From Pecten maximus (Eukaryota), in NCBI RefSeq assembly GCF_902652985.1, contig NC_047022.1, forward strand, positions 29,140,001 through 29,204,000: a DNA stretch of 64,000 bases. The letters are read 5' to 3'. Below, piece by piece: positions 25,474-37,400 of this stretch; positions within the stretch are counted from its first letter, which is position 1, and the number at the start of each line of letters is the position of its first letter. The notes under the pieces were generated by a model. It was not told where the DNA came from, ran no database searches, and worked only from the letters and a program-made list of their open reading frames with translations. The position numbers were made by a program, and so were the translations under genes.

Positions 25474-28400
25474 ATGAGGATGCATGTAAGCAAATATTTT
25501 ATTGATATTCTAAAACATAATTGATCAAACTGGAATATACACTTACATATGGATTTGAATGTTAAGTATAGACCTGTGCAACATAAAACATTAAAAACGG
25601 AAATATTCTATCAATTAATTATCTGGCCACGGGGGATTTAATTTTACAATATTCACGATTATTATAAACATAGAGTGAAAAGTAAATAGTGAAACTTATA
25701 TTGATATGTACACAGAAATACATTTAAGTTTATATTGCTGAATTTTAACAAGGCTATGCCGTGCGAAATAGTTCGACAGAAACCACCGCGAAATGAAATC
25801 CTCATAAAATTTAGCATGTATACAGGGAGTGAAATGCACTTTAAAATGCATCCCTTATGTACTTGTCACCTATAAAACACCTTTTCAATATGACTTAAAT
25901 CAATACCAAACCGATATTATCCTCACTTGAACACTTTCTCTCTTAGAGAAACTACTTGCTGTTGTATTTCTATTTAAGTCAATTATTGATAGTCAACATA
26001 TTCTGCTATACAGTCGAAAGTATATAGTTTCCCCTTATAACATTAAATGTATTTTTATGATATTATGGACAGGTCTTTGCGTGTTATTTCCTCTCCGTGT
26101 TCATCTCGACATGTCGATGTGGTTACAGTAAGTACGCATCTGCTTAAAGGTTATAAAATTAACTTCTACAATATAACAAACATAACTGGGATCTATATAT
26201 TGTATTTTTTATATATTTAACACAATGTATATATAATGATTACATCATCCAGTGACATCTCATTGTGTGTTTGTATTGTTTTCATTAAGAACTTTGGCAC
26301 CAAAGACTATATAAGCCCCATATTATGTCTATATTCCATCACATTTGACTAGTTAAATTACGAGATGCCATCTATATACACAAATACCTACCAAATTGCT
26401 ATTTTACTCATTTTGCGTGACATTTATGATTGTTCATAGAATCACACAAGATATCTTGTGTATAGGACAGCACCAATGGGGAGGATTAAATATGAATCTA
26501 CATTACGTAATAAAGATTAAATATGAATCTACATTACGTAATAAAGATTAATAAGCGGAGTTTTGTTACAGGGGATGCATTGGTAGTTTCTATTCCTACT
26601 TTTTATGACGACAGTTTAAACGCTAGCACGACGATTGACACCTTGGAAAGTATCCGTAACGTTTTGTCTTCCGACCTCCAACATGCGGATGAAAACCTTG
26701 AGGAATCTTTGGTCAGGTTCTTCTACAATATGTTTTTATGGTGAAGTATAACTCAACATAAGAAGTTACAGCATACAAAAAACAACGCTTAAATTTCATG
26801 TCAACAACACCAAACGGCTCACTCTAAGAAATAACAATTTACAAAATGTATGTTAAAGTTTAATGCTGCCTTTGACCATGCATGCATTTGAAAATAATGA
26901 AATTCTTCTTTTGCAATTCCATAAAATGCTTTGTTTTGTTCGACATATATTTTTAGATATTGCTATTTTAAAATCATCAAATATTAATCTGGTCAATACA
27001 ACCTTCATTTATTTATGAAACTGTTATTTATAATTGTTTGTGTTTAGTTCGAGACTGGCAGTATGATCGATAACATTATCATCAAGTACGGCCAGACCCA
27101 GCTCGACAATGCTAGCATGTTGGATATAGCGGTAGGTAAGTAAAACACGTGTTTGGAAGGATAACAGAACATGCGGAAATACGTGCTCCCTGTTACATAC
27201 TAGTATTCAACGCTGGAGAAGACTTAATTCTGATAAGAACAAAGAAAAGAGGTAAAATATGTTAGACAAGAAAATAGAAACTTTTGACGAGAATTGCAAA
27301 TTTTAACGGTTGTTGTACATATATGTATAATTATATTCTACAAAAAAAGTTGTTTACTTATTGTAAAACATTCGAATGAAAAAATGTTTTGAGGATGAAA
27401 GTCATCCTGTGTTGGGGACATTTTACTGTTCGGTGAGTTGAGCTCAAGGTCCCAATTATGCATACATTGCTTTGCTGAGAGATATGATTGTTTTAATTAA
27501 TCACGACAATTGGCCGGAATATAGTGGATATATATTGTACTAACCTATTCCACTCACTTAGTCTTTGATTTAAGGAAAATGATAGTTCTAAAATAATATA
27601 TAAGTAATAATATACTATGCAAATTGGTTTATAAATGAACCTTTGTTCGTTGATATTCTAACACATATCCAAGCTTTAAGTAATGCTAGAGATTGTTACA
27701 TGATTCTGTAATTCCTTACTATCGTGATAGGTCGAAAAACCGTTTTCAATGTGAACACGTGCTTTTCTTTAAAAATTAATTTGAGACAGAACTGGTAAAG
27801 TTGGTAGAAGTCATGCTTGATGTCATCAGCTTCCTAACGTGCACAGCCAACAACCCTACCGACTGTTCCATCGACAGCTCTAAGGTAAAAACAATTACAC
27901 CACCGACAACCCTACTGGTCGTTCCATTGACAGCTCTAAGGTAAAACAATTACACCACCAACAACCCAACTGGTCGTTCCATCGACATCTCTAAAGTAAA
28001 AACAATTACACCGCCAACAACACTTTTAATTGTTCCATTGACAACACTTTGGTAAGAACACTTACATTTCTAGCGTGTCAAATATTTACAGCTGGGAAAA
28101 TACAATTCAATTCAACTGAATTAAATTTTATTAGCACCTTTAAGTAATCAAAAATGTAAATACATGTATCAATACTATGCGTATTAAATACTAAATCGAA
28201 CTGAATGCAGTCCTTTCTTTCTCAGCTGTAATGACCACTTAATGAATAAACAGTGTATAAAAGTACTATCTTCGTATTTGACGACAACATGATATTTGTA
28301 AGATTTGTTGAATCACTTAGAGTTTAGGTTAATGATATCCGCATTTTCAAGATAGACACGTATCCATCCCATCGGGACAGTAGATACTTGGACAGAAAGT

Positions 28401-31400
28401 CTTTAAGAGCTGTCATTTAAAATGTCTAGTCTTGATAAAGTGCCAATAAAGTCATTTATCATGGCCATCATGTAGGGCAAGAACTGAAAGCCGACAAATA
28501 ACAAATTTCAGTGTTGTTATTTGGAATGTTTGCACCCTGGGAGCTTTGACGTATAAAACGAAAATATGATGTTGTGTTATAGTGTCAAAACAAAAAAGGC
28601 AAAAAACTGACCACAGCATATATAATATACATGTCATATACGAGCATGATAAAACAAATATGTTAACATGTTTGGAAGCCAGTCTTTGTTGTCGAATGTA
28701 TGAGATAAACATCCTATATATACTATATCTACTGAAGTTGAAGAAAAGGTTTCATCTAGAATTACGAAATAAGAATTGAAAAAATGTCAATCAGAAAAAA
28801 TGAATATTCTACTTATTCCGTTTTCGTTTACAATAATCCAAATGCTTTTCTTACCAAAAATCAAAACGATTTCTTATACATGCATTCCACACACTGGAAG
28901 ATGTTTTGTTTTTGTAGTCAATGGGGTATGTGAACACCACCGAGGAGCGACTTCTACAGTTCATGACGATCGTAATTAACAGTCAGTACTCACAGAATGA
29001 GATAGAGATTAGCGAAGGCAATATTGTGATAGCAACAATCAAGAGTAAAGGGGATGTATTGGACAAGATGGTAACTAAATATAGTAGCACGCTGGACATC
29101 CCTTACGTCAGACCGGACGCTGTCCAGTACAACGACCAGGAACTATTACTTTATGTACGTGTTATTGACGAATGTAATATAGGGTTTGTATCAGGTGTTA
29201 GGTGTGTACGTCTAGATTACATAGTGATGATTCATTAAATCTGTATGTGGCTGCGTTTCGAAAGTTGATGAAATGAACTCTTTAATAGTATGCATCGCAA
29301 TTATGTGAAATTATGTTTAAAGTATGTATTTTTTTTATGGTATAACGTTTACGTCCATCCGTCTGTCCGCCCTGTTAAAGTTCGAGTAAAAGCTTCTACA
29401 ATAATCTACAAATCATGTGTTATTATACTAATATTTGGAGATTTTAATTTTTCGGGAACCATGAATTTAATTTCTGGTAATTATTTCTATCCTTTTTTAA
29501 TATTTCTTATCCGTTTTGGATTTTGATTGCCAAGACCATGAATACTTTATATATATATATATATATAAATCTTTGGAGAGGGTCAGAAGGGCGTATTATG
29601 TATCCATTTCCGGTGTTCTCGTTTTTAATGGATAAGAATGTGGTATACTGCTTGTAGAGTCTAAATCCACACCCTTATAAGATACTGCTTTTTGTAAAAT
29701 AAGGATTCGTCATGATACATTTAGAACGCGTGTTGTTATAAGATAAGGTCATTACTTGCTGTATTTACTTATTAATTGACATCATTACAAAGGTATTTCA
29801 CATGAAGACATAATTAACAGAATAAATGTTTGGAATAAAGACTCATTATGTCCTTACTGATACATGTAAATTATTTGTACATTGTTATAGGTTCTTTCCT
29901 ACAACATCAATAAGTATACATACGTAGACAACCAACGCATGATCAACACGGGAACAACTCGTACGGTAATACGGGACAAAGATGGCGATTTCATTGACCT
30001 TTACAGTGGGGATGATCGACTTGAGGTACTGGATTGTATCCCTTTAAATTGTAAAATACTGTTTCAGTTTAACAGACACTTACCTTAAAATGCCAATTCA
30101 ATTAAGATATGTTGTTTATGTTTACGATTTGTTCTTAAATATCATATTAAGATGAAAACTAGCATAGTCTGTATTTTAATCGATAGGTATCGAAATGGAT
30201 TTGGTATAAACACATCCAGTACACAAACGAAGCATTAGCATATGCAAAATATACTGATATATTTTTCCATTTTCTAAAGTAATAGCGTAGATTTTGTACT
30301 TGTGCAATATCAGTTCATTATATTCAATATGTAAACGGTGTAAATGTATAGTACACAATAAGCAAAATAGCATATCACTTTGTAACCATACATAGTTTCA
30401 TGAAGTGTTCGTTATGACCAAAGTGCTGATGGCGTCTGGGCATCATATTGTTTTTTTTTTTTTTTTTTTTTGTGGATTCATGGGATAGAGTTTAAGTTAT
30501 TTGATCACCGTATCAGCAAACTATATCAATTCATCGTTACATGAAGAGTTTGGTAATGGAATTCACAAATCACTGTTTTCTTATGTTGTACCGGTAGATG
30601 GTGGTCGATGCAAACAACGTAATGAACGATCCGAGCTTTTGGGAGAACATAACTAACGTGAACAATAACAACGAATTCTTTCTGAATGCCTCCTTTCAAA
30701 ACAATGTGGACGGGGCGTTGATGAATGTTCGCATTAAGAGCATCATGCCGTGCGTGATGAAAGGATACGATGCAGATCTGAATGCCAGCATCGACAGCCA
30801 GACACCAGTGGTAGACCTACTGATTGACGGGGGCAGGGACCTCACCATCTTCGATAAACCTGCAAATTTGAAGATTGAGTATCGAGGGCAAGATCTATCG
30901 ATTACCTTCCTTCCACCTGACAGTAATCTGGATTCTATGATCTCACTCGACATGTATTTTCAATGCGAAGGTAATCCTTGTAATATTGTCAATTTTAAAT
31001 GCTACATTCATGCATGAGAGTGTTCGTCTTCAGATTTTTTAAAGCGATATAAGGGTGACTGAAACTGTGCCAATGGGTGTGTATGTGCATGGAGGTGGTA
31101 TCAAAAGTTATTTCACTTTGAAAATATTAACATAAGTAAATTATTCACTCTGTGTATCGAAATATCCCCTAAATTGTTATAGCAAATGCCACATTGGGAA
31201 GACATATAAGGGCTAACATATCAACTGACATCAAAGTTATATGCAATATCAATATGGAGCGTTAATAAGCTATATCATTAAAATATGGTATAATTTGTTC
31301 CAGTTTGTCTCGAGAGGGCGCAGATGTCGTTCATCATTGTGAAATCTGAACTCACCGAACAGGACGACTTCGACATAGCAATTAATTTTGTCAAAAAGAT

Positions 31401-34400
31401 GATCAGTGTTGTGAATAATACCCAGTTTTCTCTTCATACATTTGAAACGGTATTCCAAACAGTGTTTTCGTTTGGAGATGGCGTAACATCAGAGTCTCAA
31501 GTAAACAGTTATATTGGAGTGATTTCCACACCTTCCTCGAGTATATCAATTACCACAAGTATCTTGGGGACCACAACTACCGAAAGTGCGACAACCTCCA
31601 CAATCGACCCAAATGCAACGCTGGTCTTGGACCCTGTACGTATCGACACCGCACTGTACAATATGACGTCATACTTATCAACAAACGCTGACTGGTCAAA
31701 ACAGCAGATAGTTCTAGTGATAACAGACGGTCAGTTTGGTCTGAATGATAGTATGATTTACCCTGCACTTAACGGACTTCGCAGCATGAACGTCACCATA
31801 ATGGCTGCGGGTTACGGGTTAAAATCAAGAGATGATATCAAATCATTGGTTAACTTACCTACCAATTGGTACATATTCTGGCTCACCAGGGATCCGACAG
31901 CTGATATTGAAACAAGTGATTTAGAAGAGTTTATGAGCTCCTTCTGTTACGGTAAATATCCTAAATTGACATGTGCTTTTTGTTTAAACTTCATTTGATT
32001 TACATACCAAGTTCAATGGCATATCACTGTTTAACTTAGATCGCTTCCTGCTCTTGTATGTTAAATATAAAACGCATAGCTATACACTGGTAAATGTTTT
32101 TTTTCTTGAATTTGTCTGTACTAAAATATGTTTAAAGCTTTGCAAATACAACACATAGTATAACGACATGTACACGCATACAGTTATTTCAAATTCCATT
32201 AATGACATTGTAATTGCTGACAAATTAAATTTGCTTAAATAGCATTTCAAGACAAACAAATCGAATAGTAAGTTAAGAAACTAAAAGACAATTTGAGACA
32301 TTGTCAATACTATGATACAATTACAGACATTTCACGCATAATATTACTCGCTCTTCCCTTATTGCGTTGCTTAAAGTTTGCTTATATTGATACAAATGTA
32401 TATGTATCATACCCCGATGGAAACAGATGTAAGTAACTATATAAGATAAGGTAATGATATTTCTTCTGATTCGATATTTTGCAGGTTCTTATGGAAATCT
32501 GGCTTTTAATGCAGTACGATTTGGCCGTGTGTCAGCTCTTATGCTCAACGAGACGACCAATCGGTGGCATATCTCGGAAAACATCAAGGTGACTATTTAC
32601 CGCTATTCCTCTGGGGAGTGACATGATCACTGTAACATTCATGTCTGAATTAAATACGTAATATCGTTTACCCCCCCCCCTCCCCTCAAAAAATATATCA
32701 ATAGATAAATAAATAAATAAATAAATAATAATTAAAAAAAGAAAATCACTTGCTCTTACTCATTAAAATTCTTGATATTTGTAATTTATCCTAATTCCGT
32801 CTTCTGCCATTCTAACACTACTCTATCATGCTTAAACTACACCAAATATCACACATTATTCTAGCTACTTTTTCGTACATGTCTATAGTTATTTCTAGCC
32901 ATGAGCAATTATCTATTTTGTTTCTATCCGACTATCAGGTTGTTTTTTTCTCTTAATGGTATGACAAATCAAAATCTTGAAATCATATTGTATATAACGA
33001 AGAACTATGCCAACACTTAATTAAAACGCTTTGAAATATAGAGTTTTCCTTCGTAAAAGTTATTGGAATAGCTCTTACATTTATGAACAAAACAGTTTAT
33101 ATATGTCGCTATTATCTATTTTTTCTGTTTCAGATGAGTGATATATCCATGGCTTCCTCCACAGTGACGTTTAAAAGTAACTTTCTTGGCACGTTTGGTT
33201 CGAATGTGTTTGTAATCCCACCGGATGTGATAAACTTTGATACGCTTTTCGTTGACTTTGCCAGTAAGCTAGAGGACACGCCGTATGTTCTGGCAGTTAA
33301 TGTGGGATGCCTCAGTCTGATGGTTGTATTAATGATTTTCCTTAGATATTTCGACAGCAAGGATTTGTTAAAGGTCAGTATGGTTAGAATTCTGGATAGG
33401 TTCTGGTTTTGTAGCGTATATGTCAGCTGCTCATTTTGCATTTAAAACATTATTACTTTAAAAGAGTAATTCATTTTCGTCTGATCATTAACCCCAAAAT
33501 TATCCAGTGGTGTTTCTCATTTGCCTCTTTTGCTGAGCAGAAGACTGTACTGAATGGGTACAAATCTGAGTGTCGTTCAACAGAAGTTTATCTAAATAAG
33601 CGTCTTCGGCTGATACTAATGTATTACACACGCTTTTATTGCATTTTTGCCAGTGAAATATAGAGATTTATGAAACTAATAAAACTCATATTTTCACTGC
33701 AGCGATGAGCAGTGAAAATAAAAGAATTTGCAGCGAAAATATAAGTTTTGCAGTGAAAATATAAGTTTTCCGTTTTTGACCAGTCAGAGCGGACCTTTGT
33801 AGTCACCTCGTTGAAACTTGCCGATTTTGCCAATCGAAGCGGAGATAAATTGGTTATTTTGCTGTATTTTTGAAATATTCTGACCAGGTTTTGACTAAAT
33901 ACTCACTTGACGTTGGCTATTCATGCACAGATTCTCCTAAAACAGCAGAAAACGCTTAAATTGCGATGATCAGTCCTTTCAAAATGGTGCCGCCGTCAAG
34001 TTGACGTGGAGTAACGTCACACAGAGATGACGTCATTACTGATTCCCGCACTTTTTGATGCTATCGATTTTTCGATGTTTTTAATTTTTACTTTTAAGTT
34101 TATGAAATGCAATAAAAAGAAAATTGAATGGTTTCCCGTTTAATATAACATATATTTCACGAGTATGACAGAATATCGATATTTTCACGAGTGCGAAGCA
34201 TGACAAGAATATCGATATTCTGTCATACTCGTGAAATATATCTTATATTAAACGGGAAGCCATTCAATATCCTCTATATAAAACGAATTTTAAAGTTATT
34301 TCATTGTTATCCATATTTGAGTAGTAAATCTCACTGCGAATGTGCTTTTTTTAGAGACGGAATGAACGGAAAAAACAGATTTTGAATTTGGATGGACTTG

Positions 34401-37400
34401 CGTGTTGCACCCAACAAGTCTTTATACAAACCACTACACCCCATAAGTCGACCTTGGTCGTATGTCTGCCCATAACAACAAATCTGCTACGACCGCTATA
34501 TAAGTGTATTATATTTATACATATAAATTATACATTACACAAGATATTGATTTCGAATTAAACACAAGATTACGGATAAAATTGAAATGGGAGATTCTTT
34601 GGTTTATTCATAGGGTGCTACAATAAGCGGTTAGCGGTAAATTACACAACAGCTTATTTATTTGTCTCAACGCCTGTAAAAGCAACACTAATGATATTTT
34701 GCAATAACACTTGCGAAGAACATCTATCCTTTTACAATGTTTCGAGATATTAAAGCTGGTGAAGGCCACAGGAATTTTCTAAATATGACATCATGATCTC
34801 TTTTGAAAATAATCGATTTCCTTATGCGAAATGATGTCAGATGTGTTTGATGCTTGTTGGTATGCCAAGTACATCGTAGTCACCAATCTCATTTGCGACT
34901 GTGATTTAATCCGACATCGGCCTATATTCCTATGTTGTTTTTAATAATAGGTGTTGTCGTCGAAGCATGAAACGCTTACTCCGCTGGAGCACATTGTCTT
35001 TTTCTCCTCTTTCAGGAATTTCCACGAAAATGAGTATTTTTCTTTATATTTTGACCTCGTTTAATCGATTTTGGTTTCGGTATTATGTCAGTATTCCTCG
35101 TCTTTTTTTTTACAGTGGGAATACCTTCCTTTAAAGAACAATCCGCGCCAGGCTCGTTACTCGTACTATTTGTCTTTTTACACGGGGTTTTGGTCCAGTA
35201 GTCGCCTTTCGTCTACGGCATTTATCATACTCAAAGGCTCCAAAGGGATAACAGGGGCCAGAGCAGTCAAGGACGGGAAACGCAAGGTTAACACTAATAG
35301 TTATCTACTGAGCCGAATTGTTCAAAAGGTGACTAGCACAATCGCTTGATTAGTGAAAAAAAATCATTTTCCTTACTTCAAAACCTTTGTGTGCATCTTC
35401 CTTAAAAAACAGTGATTGACAAGTGTTATTTTTGTCAAGTTAGCATTACTAGAAACGATTTTATCAGGATTTCAAAAGCGTTGCTAAACCTTGATTAACC
35501 TTATCACCTTTTGAACAACCGGCCCTGAATTTTAGTGCTTCAGTACTTTTTATGTCTATGTGCCATTATGACAAACGTAATGTTGCCTATTCCACAAAGT
35601 TTTTATCTATATATAGATGTTTGAACGCTGGACGCTTGGCAACTTTTTGTTGACCACCGACCGAGAGCTAGGGCAACTATCGGAGATTAAAGTATGGCAT
35701 GATGAACAAGGGGACTCTCCCAGCTGGTACCTAGAAAAGGTGCTCGTCTATGATCAATTCAACGATGAAAAGTATGTTATTTCTATGTCAACTACTGTTT
35801 ACTACTTACTCTGAATCAAGCAAATACTCTTTTGCTAATTCTGTGGTATATGATATATTTGACACTAATTTCATTCTCAATTTATTCTCAAAGTTTACAT
35901 ATACATTGTATTGCGAATTAGTTATATTCTGACATTATATAGAGGTACGCGTGGAGTTTCAACTGATCTTGTTGTCCTAGGTACGCGTTCCTGTGTGGAC
36001 AATGGCTAGCCCCGGATAGGGACGACCGTAAAACAAGAAGAACGCTCTATGCTGCTAAGGCAGAACTGAAGGACGGCAGTATTTTGTTTGGAAGTAACAC
36101 AAGATTCAACCTGTTCGACGACTATCTTTGGCTTTCACTGCTTAGCAGGCCTTCAGCTAGCCGTTTTACAAGAGTTCAACGCTGTGTATGTGTGTTTTCC
36201 ATGCTGTTTTTATCCATGCTAGCGAATGCGATGTGGTACAGAACATCACAAGGAGTTCAGACTTATGGGATTCACCTTGGACCGTTCAGTCTCACCTACA
36301 AGAATATTTACGTTGGTTGTATGGCAAGTTTGGTGACATTTATTCCAGGATTTCTTATTGCGTGGATATTTAGGAACCGCAAAGTAAAAGTCGGCAAATC
36401 CTTTATGGAACAGAATACGAAGGAAGTGATGAATGAAGGTTTCTTACCTTGGTGGTTTATCTTCATTGGATATACCATAGCAATGATGTGTATGTCTTCT
36501 GGTGCAACCTTCACCTTTTTCTATAGTATTGAATGGGGTCGAGATACCACGCTCGAATGGCTAGGGTCTTTCACTTTCGGAACAATGCAGGGAATCATGT
36601 TCTTAGATCCACTCAAGGTTTGTAATATCTCATCAAAAGCAGCCTTAATAATGTTAGTATGTGTTATAACTTAACTAGTCATACTTTACACAGGCAGAAG
36701 TGCTGTCAACATTTCAAATCATCGCTAATCCAAAATCACCGTCGACAAATTTTAAGAAATTTTAAGTACGGATTGTTATGAATCATACATCAAATTAAGA
36801 ATAAGAAACTCATTTAATGTTAATCCAGAGGCAATTGAATAATGAGTAAAATCAGAAATTTGACAGAATAATGACTACATTTGAAGTTTTAAATTCCAGC
36901 CTTCAGGGCGGGGAAAGATGATTTTGTCTATAACAAAAAAAAAAGAGCATTGTGTGTGCTGAACATCACCTTGTATACATATGCACATATACATGCACAA
37001 ACATGTCAAACATCAGGCAAATGAGCCAATCAATATGACACGGTTTGATGATCTTGCGAGGTTGCTACATTTGGTTAAATGACCAAATATCTTATCCTCT
37101 CTGATTAGATATGTTAAGGTCTAAATAAGCTAGTTCATAATCAATTAATCTTCATTGTACTAATCATATTATCTAGAGGATAACAACTATTTTACCCCAA
37201 TATATTGTACATGTATATAGCGGTGACCTTTGTAGGTGGTATTTCTTACCTTGATGGTAGCATTTTTCTGCAAGAAATATGCCAAGAAAGATCTGGAATG
37301 TATGGCGCCGGTACTTGTGGAGAACGATGCATCTGAAGACAGAATTGAACAAGATGACGATTTCGTTGACGTTGACGGTATCTTTCTTATCTGTATCAGG

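Noticed and set aside
26484-26551. 32-bp tandem duplication (and a similar one near 49496-49564)
   Set aside because: Simple two-copy slippage duplications with no evident function.
31324-31998. Independent VWA gene
   Set aside because: It is bounded by phase-compatible splice sites that fit the PKD1-like reading frame and has no signal peptide of its own.
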